From an uncultured delta proteobacterium (GTDB lineage: Bacteria; Myxococcota; Myxococcia; Myxococcales; Myxococcaceae): a stretch of 64,000 nt of DNA. Shown here piece after piece: positions 1 through 8,956 of this stretch. Under the pieces are notes generated by a model. The model was given only the letters and a program-made list of their open reading frames with translations, did no database searches and was not told where the DNA came from. The stretch lies in NCBI GenBank assembly GCA_963713045.1, contig CAVQKE010000003.1, positions 704,001-768,000 of the forward strand. Direction: 5' to 3'. Position 1 is the stretch's first letter; each line of letters begins with the position of its first letter. Position numbers and translations under genes: made by a program.

Positions 1-583
1 GGTAGAAGGCATTCTCCCCCAGCAGCTTGCCGAGCTCGGCGTCCACCACCCGCCCGTCGCGGAAGAAAATGGTGCCGGTGTGCTCGCCCTCGATGCTCAC
101 CTTGCCCGTCTTGCGGCCCACTTCGAAGGTTTGCACCAAGTCCACCACGCCCATGTCCGCCAGGTTGCCGGAGAAGCCTCCCTTGGTCTCGCGCCGCTCG
201 AACCGCTCGTCGGCCTTCTGCAAAATCATCTTCAGCCGGGTCACAATCTCTCGGATGTAGATGGGCTTGGTGAGGTAGTCCTCGCCCCCCAGCTCCAGCC
301 CGCGCACCTTGTCCTCCAGCGCCTTCTCGCTGCTGAGGAAGACGAAGGGAATATTCACAAAGCGCGGGTCGGCCTTCATCCGCCGGCACAGTTCAAAGCC
401 ATCCACTTCCTGCAGCCGGGTATCAGACAGCACCAAGTCCGGTGGACTAATTTGAAGCTTCTCCAGGGCGTCGCTGCCGTGGACGGCAGTGGTCACCTGG
501 AAGCCAGCCTTTTTCAGGCTGACCTCCATCACCCGCAGGTTTTTTGCGTCTCCGTCCACCAGGAGCAGGTGCTGCTTGGCCAC
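1..583 (-). CDS. Response regulator, REC + DUF4388 (PATAN-like) domain; runs off the window start (possibly PglH-like)
   Basis: Not in the ORF track because it is truncated. Manual translation from GTG at 583 gives [12 protein letters not shown]...LVLSDTRL...DYLTKP (receiver), then [27 protein letters not shown]...[12 protein letters not shown] (DUF4388). Confidence 0.88.
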   Translation of the reverse strand, partial: MAKQHLLLVDGDAKNLRVMEVSLKKAGFQVTTAVHGSDALEKLQISPPDLVLSDTRLQEVDGFELCRRMKADPRFVNIPFVFLSSEKALEDKVRGLELGGEDYLTKPIYIREIVTRLKMILQKADERFERRETKGGFSGNLADMGVVDLVQTFEVGRKTGKVSIEGEHTGTIFFRDGRVVDAELGKLLGENAFY

Positions 584-764
584 GCGCGTGCACCCATCCT
601 TCATGCCCCCCCGGTTTTCGAAACAGTCCGCAGGAGAGGCGTTGTGCCCCCAGGATGATTGTGGGCGGCTGCACCGCCCGTCAACGTTTCCCCCTGGCCC
701 GCAGGCGGCCTCCGGCCGGCCCAGCGCCTTGACACTCCGGCTGCCGACTGGTTGAGGGGAGAGT

Positions 765-1100
765 GTGAGTCGAGCCGACCAGCGCCGGCACGTCCGCCGC
801 GCGCTCAGCGTAGAGTTTCGGGGCAAGGACGCCGGGGGCGAAGGCGAGCTGACCCTGGTGGGAGCCGACCTCTCCGCCGGCGGCACCTTCCTCCGCTGCG
901 ACGTGCTGCTCGAGCCGGGGGAGACGCTGGCCCTCCAATTTCATCCGCCGGGCGCCACCGCGCCACTGTCGGCGCAGGCGCGAGTGGCCTGGGTGCGGCG
1001 CTTCGCCGAAGAGGGGACGCTTCCCGGGATGGGCATCGAATTTCTGGCCATGCCAGACGCTGACCGCCGCCTGTTGGAGGCAGCGCTCGGCGCGGGTTAG
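765..1100 (+). CDS. Stand-alone PilZ-domain protein (TIGR02266-like)
   Basis: RRHVR (RxxxR) and DLSAGG (DxSxxG) c-di-GMP motifs; C-terminal GMGIEF; GA-rich RBS before the GTG. Confidence 0.88.
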   Translation: MSRADQRRHVRRALSVEFRGKDAGGEGELTLVGADLSAGGTFLRCDVLLEPGETLALQFHPPGATAPLSAQARVAWVRRFAEEGTLPGMGIEFLAMPDADRRLLEAALGAG

Positions 1101-1135
1101 CCCGGGGTCAGCCCGTTCTGCGCCCGCACGCGTCT

Positions 1136-3934
1136 TCAGCGTGGCCGCTTGGCCGGTCCGCCGCGCTTGCGCATCTCAATCAGCCGCAACTCCTGGCTTG
1201 CTTCCAAGTGGCGTGGGTTGGCCTTGAGGGCTTCGCGGAAATGGCGCTCCGCCCGCTCGACGTCCCCTTCCACGCGGGCGATGACGCCCAGCTGGTAGTG
1301 GGCTCGGTCACACGCTGGGTCCTCCTTCAACGCGTCGACCATCATCGCCCGGGCCGCGGCGGCGTCGGACTTGCGGTTGGGGTCCATGTAAATGGCCCAG
1401 GCGCGCGCGGCCAGGACGTGGGCGCGGGGATAGAGGCGGTAGGCCTCGGCGAAGTGGGCCTCGGCTGCGGTGTGGTCTCGGCGGCGGAGCGCTGCCTCCC
1501 CGGCCCGGTAGGCCTCGGTTGCCTCGGCCTGGTCGCGCACTGGCCGTCCGCTGGCCAGCGCCGTCATCTCCTCGGCGTGCGCTGCCCGGCGCTGGTCGTC
1601 CTGGAGGTATTCCTGCGCCTCGCGCAGCGAGTCGAAGATGGCGGTGGCCTTCGGCACGAGGTCCGCCAGGGCCGGGGGGAGCCGGTCCGGGTGGAAGACT
1701 TTTACCAAGTCGAGAAACGCGGTCTTCACCTGCTCGCGGCTGGCTTCGAGGTGCAGGCCGAGAATGTCGAAGCGGTTGCGCTCGGCGGAGAGGCCTACGA
1801 AGCGCTCCTCAATCTGGCGCGCCAACCCTCGCTCGGCAGGCGTCTTGGGGCCGGGGCTGGTGGGAAGGGGGGCCGGCGTCGGCTCCAGCGGCGTGGCGCC
1901 CATGTTGCGCGGCGGCCGAGAAACCAGGGAGCCCAGGTTTTGAATGGCGCGCCGAAGCAGCCGCTGACGCCGCTCGCGGGCCGCCTCGCCTGGCACCCCG
2001 CCGGAGGGGGTGAGGGCCGGCGTCGCCTCGAAAGGCGGGGGCACAGGCTGCGGCGGCGCTTGGACGGGAGGCAGCGTCTCCATCTGCCAGTCGCCTGCGT
2101 CCGAGGCCTGCAAAATGGCGTCGACCGGGACGTCGGTCTGGGTGATGGGCTCGCCGGAGAGGCCCACCAAGGACGAGAGGTGTGCGTCCACGTTGGCCAA
2201 CGCCTCCTCGAAGGAAGCTGGCGCCGGCGCCGTTGCCGCAGGCTGTTGGACCAGGCGCCACAAGTCCTCGTCGGCGCTGCCCGTATCCGGCCCGAGGTGC
2301 AGGGGCGGCCGGGAGGCGGCTGGCGGCCGGCCCTCACTGGGCGCCTCCGGGCCGCGCAACGAGGAGGACACCACGCCCTCGGTGGCGGCCAGCCAAGTCT
2401 CGGCAGGGCCGGTCGCTCCAGCACGGCGCAGCGCCTCCGTCATCTCCTCCACCAGCGCCGCGGGACTTTGGGCCGCCGGTTGGGCTTCGGCGTCGGCAAA
2501 CAGAAGAATGGGCTCGACCGCTTCCCCCGCTGCCCACGGGCCGGGCACGGGGACGACTTCCACGCTTTCTGCTGCGTGCAGTAGGGTTTCGGAGGCGGCC
2601 CGCTCATCCCCTTCGGACCCCCAAATGGGGGTCGAGCCCCGCGGGCGGCGGCCGGTCTCGGGCAACACCTCCGCTTCGGAAAGCACCGGCGGCTCCAGCG
2701 CAGCGAACGGGCGAAGGGTGTCCCGCCGCTTGGGGGGGACGCCCTCCTCTGCACCCGGCGCCGGGATGATGACCGGTTCCTCGGTCTTGGTCCGTGCCGG
2801 CGGCGCGGCCTCCTCGCGCAGGGACTGAAACGTCTTCTCCGTGGTGGTGCGGCCGACGTCGGTGTGCGCCGCCACGGGCCGAAGCGAATTGGCCTCCAGC
2901 ACCGGGCCCACGGCGATGGCCTCGGCCGCGGTGAGACGGGGCACCTCTTCGGTGAGGGGGTGGGGGTAGGCCGGGTCGGTGGACTCGACGTGTGGAAGCG
3001 GGGCCAGGCCGGTGGCGGTTTCGCTGGCCGGGGCTTCCCGCACCACGGTATCCGCCATTGCGATTTCGAGGGGCGTGTCCCGGTGGGGCACGTTGGCTTG
3101 CGCCTGGCGCCAGGCGGCTTCCGCGGCGCGTGCCGCTTCCAGGGCGCGGCGCGCCTGCTCGGCGCGCCTCTTCTGTTCGGCCCGGCGTTCCTCCTCGGCG
3201 TTGCGCGCAGATTCAATGGCGGCCCGCGCCACGCTGCGCCGTGCCTCCTCCTCCGCGCGGCGCGCCTCGGTTTCGGCCTCCATCGCGACGCGCGCTTCCC
3301 AGCCCGCGGCGTCGAGAATTTCCACCCGCCCATCGTGCTGCAGCAACCGCAAAAGGGCCGCCTCGCCCAGCTGCAACTCGCCCGCCGGGTGGAAGGTCGC
3401 AAACCGCTCGAGCAATCCTCGTTCCTCCGGCTGCAGCAGCCAGCCGGCGCATTCCTCCACGTCTCGGCAGCACACCAGGGCGTCGGGTGGCAACGGGCCC
3501 AGCGTCTCGAAAGCGATGCGGACGGCGCGTGCGCCCGACACCCGCAGCACACCGGCGTCTACCAGCGCGGGCATGAAGGAGACGTCGCCGCCGTAGCTGA
3601 CCAGCCGGCGCACCGAGGCCAGCGTCTGCAGTTCCTCGGCGATGGCCGCATCGCCGCCACAGGCGGACAAAAGCGCCGGTGAGTCGGGCCCGGCCGCGCC
3701 GTCGGCCCACAGCGTGTCCAGCGTGGACAAGTCCACGGCCCCAACGCCGAGAAGCGCTTGGGCCAGCGTCTGGTGGCCAAAGCCGAGTCGCGCGCCGACC
3801 AGGTCCCCGGCTTGCAGGTACAGCCGGGCTTCGGCCCCGCGCGCGGCAAACGTCAACCAGCCGGTGGCGTGCTCGCGCGCGGCGCGGAAGAGGGCGTCCG
3901 CGGCCGGGGAGGGGAGGGAAGTGCGGGACTCCAT
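1136..3934 (-). CDS. Multidomain J-domain protein: DUF4388-like N-terminus, coiled coil, Pro/Ala/Glu-rich linker, DnaJ domain, TPRs
   Basis: FDILGL...VKTAFLDLVKVFHPDRL (J domain with HPD); C-terminal TPRs (AHYQLGVIARVEGDVERAERHFREALKANP); N-terminal ATGWLTF...RLYLQAGDLV. Confidence 0.85.
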   Translation of the reverse strand: MESRTSLPSPAADALFRAAREHATGWLTFAARGAEARLYLQAGDLVGARLGFGHQTLAQALLGVGAVDLSTLDTLWADGAAGPDSPALLSACGGDAAIAEELQTLASVRRLVSYGGDVSFMPALVDAGVLRVSGARAVRIAFETLGPLPPDALVCCRDVEECAGWLLQPEERGLLERFATFHPAGELQLGEAALLRLLQHDGRVEILDAAGWEARVAMEAETEARRAEEEARRSVARAAIESARNAEEERRAEQKRRAEQARRALEAARAAEAAWRQAQANVPHRDTPLEIAMADTVVREAPASETATGLAPLPHVESTDPAYPHPLTEEVPRLTAAEAIAVGPVLEANSLRPVAAHTDVGRTTTEKTFQSLREEAAPPARTKTEEPVIIPAPGAEEGVPPKRRDTLRPFAALEPPVLSEAEVLPETGRRPRGSTPIWGSEGDERAASETLLHAAESVEVVPVPGPWAAGEAVEPILLFADAEAQPAAQSPAALVEEMTEALRRAGATGPAETWLAATEGVVSSSLRGPEAPSEGRPPAASRPPLHLGPDTGSADEDLWRLVQQPAATAPAPASFEEALANVDAHLSSLVGLSGEPITQTDVPVDAILQASDAGDWQMETLPPVQAPPQPVPPPFEATPALTPSGGVPGEAARERRQRLLRRAIQNLGSLVSRPPRNMGATPLEPTPAPLPTSPGPKTPAERGLARQIEERFVGLSAERNRFDILGLHLEASREQVKTAFLDLVKVFHPDRLPPALADLVPKATAIFDSLREAQEYLQDDQRRAAHAEEMTALASGRPVRDQAEATEAYRAGEAALRRRDHTAAEAHFAEAYRLYPRAHVLAARAWAIYMDPNRKSDAAAARAMMVDALKEDPACDRAHYQLGVIARVEGDVERAERHFREALKANPRHLEASQELRLIEMRKRGGPAKRPR

Positions 3935-3955
3935 AGGTGGCGTCTGGGCCCCACT

Positions 3956-4429
3956 CTAGCCGAGCTGGCGCAGCGCCTCATAAGTCCCGACGCCAGCGGC
4001 GGTGGAGAGGTTGAGGCTGCGCCGGCCTTCCAGCATCGGAATGCACACCGGTACCCCGTGGCTGCCCTGTAGCAGTCGCTCCGGTAGCCCGTCGGTCTCC
4101 GAACCGAAGACGAGGTGGTCTCCAGCTTGAAAGCGCATCTCCCACAGGGAGGCCGGCGCTTTCCCGGTGAAGAGAAACCGACGGGCCACGGGGTGTGCGG
4201 CGACGTAGGTGTCCCAGCTGGAGTACAGCCCGAGGAAGACGTGCTGCCAGTAGTCCAGGCCGGCGCGTTTCAGCTCCCGGTCGGCGATGGAGAAGCCGAG
4301 CGGCTCCACCAACAGCAGACGGCACCCCGTCACCGCGCACAGCCGGGCGATGTTGCCGGTGTTGGGCGGAATCTGCGGCGCCACCAGCACCAGGTGGAGC
4401 GGCGGGTCAAGGGGGCGAAGCACTGGCAA
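3956..4429 (-). CDS. trmL: tRNA (cytidine/uridine(34)-2'-O)-methyltransferase, SPOUT family
   Basis: PQIPPNTGNIARLC, RAGLDYW, FGSETDGL and RSLNLS motifs. Confidence 0.93.
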   Translation of the reverse strand: MPVLRPLDPPLHLVLVAPQIPPNTGNIARLCAVTGCRLLLVEPLGFSIADRELKRAGLDYWQHVFLGLYSSWDTYVAAHPVARRFLFTGKAPASLWEMRFQAGDHLVFGSETDGLPERLLQGSHGVPVCIPMLEGRRSLNLSTAAGVGTYEALRQLG

Positions 4430-4523
4430 AGCAAGCCCGACTCCTGAGGCCGACGCCAGTTTCTAGCCGGCGAGCGACAGGCTTTGCCCAGTAGCTGTGG
4501 CTTGGTAGCGTGGTTTGACGCAC

Positions 4524-5288
4524 ATGCGGATTGAGGTCGCCGGCCGCAGTCACGTTGGGATGAAGCGAAACCACAACGAGGACGCCTTCCTCGTCTTGGC
4601 GGACGAGCAGCTGTACTGCGTGGCGGACGGCATGGGCGGCCATGCCTCGGGCGAAATTGCCTCGCGCATCGCCGTTGAGGAACTGGAGGACTTCTACCGG
4701 CGCACCGCCAAGGACGCCGACCTCACCTGGCCCTTCAAGATGGACCGCACCCGCAACTACGAGGAGAACCGCCTGGCCACCGGCATCAAGCTGGCCAACA
4801 CCCGGATTTACGAGACCGCCGGCACCGACGCCAGCTACCGGGGCATGGGCACCACCATCGTCTCGCTGCACTTCGCCGACGAGGGCGTCTACGTGGGCCA
4901 CGTCGGCGACAGCCGCGCCTACTGCCTGCGGGCGGGCGCGCTGCGGCAGATGACCGAGGACCACTCCCTCCTCAACGACTACCTCAAGGCGAAGAAGCTG
5001 ACCGCCGAGGAGATTGACGCCTTCCCGCACAAGAACGTCATTGTGCGGGCGCTGGGCATGAAGGACACGGTGCAGGTCGACGTCGACCGCTTTGAGGTGA
5101 GTGACGGCGACGTCTTCTTGTTGTGCAGTGACGGGCTGTCGGGAATGGTGAACGACCAGGCCTTGGTGAGCACCGTCCAAGCCTCGAGCGACCTCGAGGC
5201 CAGCTGCACGCAGCTGATTGAGATGGCCAACGCCGCCGGCGGCAACGACAACATCACCTGCATTCTTCTGCGCTACAAAAGCGGCTGA
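4524..5288 (+). CDS. pph1: PP2C-family Ser/Thr protein phosphatase (Pph1 orthologue)
   Basis: RNHNED, VADGMGGH, GMGTT, HVGDSR, LCSDGL and GGNDN motifs; the myxobacterial TWPFKMD...ENRLATGIKLAN segment. Confidence 0.92.
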   Translation: MRIEVAGRSHVGMKRNHNEDAFLVLADEQLYCVADGMGGHASGEIASRIAVEELEDFYRRTAKDADLTWPFKMDRTRNYEENRLATGIKLANTRIYETAGTDASYRGMGTTIVSLHFADEGVYVGHVGDSRAYCLRAGALRQMTEDHSLLNDYLKAKKLTAEEIDAFPHKNVIVRALGMKDTVQVDVDRFEVSDGDVFLLCSDGLSGMVNDQALVSTVQASSDLEASCTQLIEMANAAGGNDNITCILLRYKSG

Positions 5289-6304
5289 CGGCCCGCTGCG
5301 GCTGCCTCGAGGCGGCCGCCTTCCCAGAGGAGGACCTGCTGCAGCTGGCCCTCGGGCTGCGCGCCCTCGAGGAGGGCCGCATCGGCGATGCGGCTTCCGG
5401 CCGGCACGCGGACGCCCGGGCCGACGTAGACGTTGGGGCCCACCTCGGCGCCCGCTGCCACCACCGCCCCGGTGTCCAGGTAAACGGGCGGGTGCGCCGT
5501 TCCCTGAAGCATCGCCCCCGGGGCCTTCCACACGCCGGCTGCGCCGACTGCCCTGGCAAAGGGAGAGTGGCTGCCGAAGACGTCCGGGACGTCCCCCAAG
5601 AGCAGCGCCTTCTGCGCCTCGAGGTAGCCCCCGGGCGTTCCCACGTCCTTCCAGGCGGCCTGCACCACCGCGCCGCGGATGACCTCCCCCTGCTGAAGAA
5701 GCCGCGGGTAGACGTCGCGGTTGATGTCCTCCGGTCCCGCCTCGGCCATGGCCGAGAAAATCCTCGGAGACGCCAGATGCACGCCGGAGAAATGCCAGGG
5801 CAAAAGCGCCTCGCCCCCCGGCCCTCGCCCGGCAATGCGCCGCACCCGGCCCGCGGCGTCGGTGTCCACCGTGGCGTAGCTGGCGCCGGGCGGCATCGGC
5901 AAAAGCAGAAGCGTCGCTGCGGCGCCCCCTTGGCGCTGCGCCGCAAGCAGCGGCCCCAACTCAGGGGTAAAGAGAGCGTCCCCATTCCACACCAGGAAGC
6001 CGTCCTCGCCCTCCACCACCCGGCGTAGCCCGCGGATGCCGCCGGCGGTGCCTTGGATGACGCTTTCCTCGCTGAGGCTGAGGCGGAGGCCGAAGCGGGC
6101 GGCCTCGGCCTCAGCCACCTGGGCCATCCGGGCTGCCAGGTGGTGGGTGTTGAGCCCGAACTCCGTCACCCCGGCGCGCGCCAGCACGGCCAGGGTGTAG
6201 CGAAGCAGCGGCTGCCCCAACAGCGGGACTGCCGGCTTGGGCCAGCGGCTGGTGAGGGGCTGAAGCCGCGTCCCAAGCCCCGCCGCCAGCACCAAGGCCT
6301 TCAT
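5273..6304 (-). CDS. Sugar-1-phosphate nucleotidyltransferase (MurU-like), with C-terminal hexapeptide region
   Basis: MKALVLAAGLGTRLQPLT...PKP, GTAGG and WKDVGTP motifs; translationally coupled to an amgK-like gene. Confidence 0.85.
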   Translation of the reverse strand: MKALVLAAGLGTRLQPLTSRWPKPAVPLLGQPLLRYTLAVLARAGVTEFGLNTHHLAARMAQVAEAEAARFGLRLSLSEESVIQGTAGGIRGLRRVVEGEDGFLVWNGDALFTPELGPLLAAQRQGGAAATLLLLPMPPGASYATVDTDAAGRVRRIAGRGPGGEALLPWHFSGVHLASPRIFSAMAEAGPEDINRDVYPRLLQQGEVIRGAVVQAAWKDVGTPGGYLEAQKALLLGDVPDVFGSHSPFARAVGAAGVWKAPGAMLQGTAHPPVYLDTGAVVAAGAEVGPNVYVGPGVRVPAGSRIADAALLEGAQPEGQLQQVLLWEGGRLEAAAAGRQPLL

Positions 6305-7341
6305 CCGAGTTCGGGGACGTACAGGGCAGCCACTCGGCGCAGCTCCTGCACTGGCCGGTCGTCGGACAGTCGCTCGAATGCCCGCCGGACGTAGGCCAGC
6401 GACTGCGGAATGTGCGGCAGAAAGCCTGGGTTGTGCTTCACCCGGTGGATGTATTCGAAGCGCGCGGCGTCCTTCAGCTTGCGCTGGACGGTGAGCAAGT
6501 CGAAAACCTGGCGGAAGCCTGCCGGGTCGGCGCGTTCGCCAAGGGCGCGGCTGAGCGCCTCTTGGTAGCGGCGCAGCAGGGCCTCCACCAGCTCCTCATC
6601 AAGGGCGACGTAGCTGTCGCGCAACAGCGCCACCAAGTCGTAGGCCCGCGGGCCCTGCAGCGCGTCCTGGAAGTCAATCACCACCACTTCGCCGTCCTTC
6701 ACCATCAGGTTTCGGCTTTGGTAGTCGCGGTGGGTGAAGCCACGCGGGGCCGCGGCCAGGCGGTGGGCAATGCTTTGGAAGCAGGCCTCCAACTTGGCAC
6801 CCTCGGCCGGGCTGGGCACCTTCCCGCTCCACGCCTCCAACCCCCACTGGCGGAAGTGGTGAAGCTCCCAAAGGTAGAGCTCCTCGTCGAAGGCGCGCTG
6901 AAAGGCAATGCTTTGAGGTTCCGGACTGGCCTCGGCCCGGGTGCGCAAACCGGCCAGCAGGTCCACCGCGGTGCGGTAGAGGCCCTCGGTGGCCGAGCCG
7001 CCGAGTGCCTTCTCCAGCGTCACGTCCCCCAAGTCCTCCAGCACCATCATCCCCGCCGGCTCGTCGTAGCGGACAATGGCCGGCACCCGGACGCCCAGCC
7101 GGCGCAGGTACCGCTGCACGTCGACGAAGGGCAGCTCCACGGGCACCGCCTTGCCGCTGGCCTCCTCACTGGCGCGTGCCGCCGGCGGCATCACCATCAC
7201 CACCACGCTGTCCGGCCAGGTGCCCACCCGAAAGTAGCTTCGGTTGCTGGCGTCGCCCTTCAGGGGGTGCACCGCCGCGGCGTCCTGCGGACGTCCGATG
7301 GCCCAAGCAACCTGGTCGCGCAAGGCGGCCTCGAGAGTCAT
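6301..7341 (-). CDS. APH-fold sugar kinase, anomeric MurNAc/GlcNAc kinase (AmgK-like)
   Basis: GDASNRSYFR, LEDLGD, HRDYQSRNL, IDFQDA, YDLVALLRD and QRKLK motifs typical of AmgK. Confidence 0.85.
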   Translation of the reverse strand: MTLEAALRDQVAWAIGRPQDAAAVHPLKGDASNRSYFRVGTWPDSVVVMVMPPAARASEEASGKAVPVELPFVDVQRYLRRLGVRVPAIVRYDEPAGMMVLEDLGDVTLEKALGGSATEGLYRTAVDLLAGLRTRAEASPEPQSIAFQRAFDEELYLWELHHFRQWGLEAWSGKVPSPAEGAKLEACFQSIAHRLAAAPRGFTHRDYQSRNLMVKDGEVVVIDFQDALQGPRAYDLVALLRDSYVALDEELVEALLRRYQEALSRALGERADPAGFRQVFDLLTVQRKLKDAARFEYIHRVKHNPGFLPHIPQSLAYVRRAFERLSDDRPVQELRRVAALYVPELG

Positions 7342-7560
7342 TCCCAGGCGCAGGAGGCTACACGGCCGGGTACCAGCGGGGCCACCTCAGGGCCTGCGCC
7401 GTTGCCCGGGGGGGGGGGTGGACCAAAAGCGGCGCAAACGGGGGTGGAAGTGGTCCGCACCCCGGGTGGCAGCTGCACAGAAGGCCCCACTGCCTGCAAA
7501 GTGACGGGGGCCCTGGTGGGCTTTGGGAGGCTCCCCTCGGTGGTACCTTCACGGACCACC

Positions 7561-8928
7561 ATGAATGTCCACTCCAGCATCCTCGCCGCCATTGGAAACA
7601 CGCCCCTGGTCCGACTCAACAAGTCGGTTGGTCCCGCGGACGCCGCTGTCTACCTTAAGTGTGAATTCATGAATCCCGGCGGCTCCATCAAAGACCGAAT
7701 GGCGCTCCACATTATTGAGAAGGCGGAGCGGGACGGAAAACTGAAGCCGGGCGGCACCATCGTCGAGAACACGTCCGGCAACACTGGAATGGGCATCGCC
7801 ATCGCCGCGGCCGTCAAGGGCTACCGCTGCATCTTCACCATGCCGGACAAGATGTCGATGGAGAAAATCAACCGCCTGAAAGCGTTTGGGGCGCAGGTGG
7901 TGGTGACGCCCACCAACGTGCCCGCCGAGAGTCCTGAAAGTTACTACGAAACCGCCAAGCGCATCGCCCGCGAGACGCCGGGCAGCTTCTACCTCAACCA
8001 GTACCACAGCCCGGACAACATCGAGGCGCACTACGTCAGCACCGGCCCCGAGATTTGGGAACAGATGGAGGGCGCCATCGACGTCTTCGTTGCCGGACTG
8101 GGCACCGGCGGCACCATGAGCGGGGCAGGCAAGTTTCTGAAGGAGAAGAAGCCCGAGCTGCGCAACGTGGGGGTGGACCCGGTGGGCAGCGTCTACCAGG
8201 GCTACTTCCAGACGGGGAAGCTGCCCCAGCCCCATGTCTACAAGGTGGAAGGCATTGGCGAGGACATGCTGTGCAAGGCGCTCGACTTCTCCGTCCTGGA
8301 CGAAGTGCGGCAGGTGGACGACCAGCAGTGCTTCAGCGCGGCCCGCCGCCTGGCCCGGGAGGAGGGCATTTTCGCCGGAGGAAGTTCGGGCGGCGCAGTC
8401 CACGTCGCCGTTGAACTGGCCAAGGAACTCGGCCGCGGCAAAAACATCGTCGTGGTGCTGACCGATACCGGCAACAGCTACATCAGCAAGTTTTATTCAG
8501 ATGAGTGGATGCGCGACAACGGCTTCGTCGTGGACGACAAGGGCTCCGGCCGGGTGGGTGACCTGCTCCGCGACCGGCAGCCCACGGTGTACTTCGCCCA
8601 GACTGGGCAGCGTGTCGACGAAGTGGTGGACGCCATGCGGCGGCACGGCATCAGTCAGATGCCGGTGAAGGACGCTGCCGGCCGCGCGGTGGGGATGATT
8701 CACGAATATGACTTGCTGAATGCACTGGTGGCCAAAACCCAGCGCTTCTCCGATGCCATCGACCCGCTGGTGGCGCCGCTGCAGGGCGTGGTCAGCCCGG
8801 AGGCCAGCCTCTCGGCGCTGCGCGACGTCTTCTCTCAGGACAACGTGGCGGTGGTGAAGGAGCGGGAACAGGTGGTGGCCATCATCACCAAGATTGACCT
8901 CATCGAATTCCTGGCGGCGCGGATGTGA
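7561..8928 (+). CDS. cbs: Cystathionine beta-synthase (PLP-dependent, C-terminal CBS pair, no heme domain)
   Basis: IGNTPLV, NPGGSIKDR, TSGNTG, GTGGT and YKVEGIG motifs; C-terminal ISQMPV...IITKIDL CBS domains. The ORF-track start at 6412 is an artefact. Confidence 0.9.
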   Translation: MNVHSSILAAIGNTPLVRLNKSVGPADAAVYLKCEFMNPGGSIKDRMALHIIEKAERDGKLKPGGTIVENTSGNTGMGIAIAAAVKGYRCIFTMPDKMSMEKINRLKAFGAQVVVTPTNVPAESPESYYETAKRIARETPGSFYLNQYHSPDNIEAHYVSTGPEIWEQMEGAIDVFVAGLGTGGTMSGAGKFLKEKKPELRNVGVDPVGSVYQGYFQTGKLPQPHVYKVEGIGEDMLCKALDFSVLDEVRQVDDQQCFSAARRLAREEGIFAGGSSGGAVHVAVELAKELGRGKNIVVVLTDTGNSYISKFYSDEWMRDNGFVVDDKGSGRVGDLLRDRQPTVYFAQTGQRVDEVVDAMRRHGISQMPVKDAAGRAVGMIHEYDLLNALVAKTQRFSDAIDPLVAPLQGVVSPEASLSALRDVFSQDNVAVVKEREQVVAIITKIDLIEFLAARM

Positions 8929-8956
8929 CGAAGCAGTCTACCGTAGGAGGTGCGAC

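Noticed and set aside
3100..3300. Repetitive DNA within the J-domain gene as a repeat array
   Set aside because: Explained by the Ala/Arg/Glu coiled-coil coding sequence.
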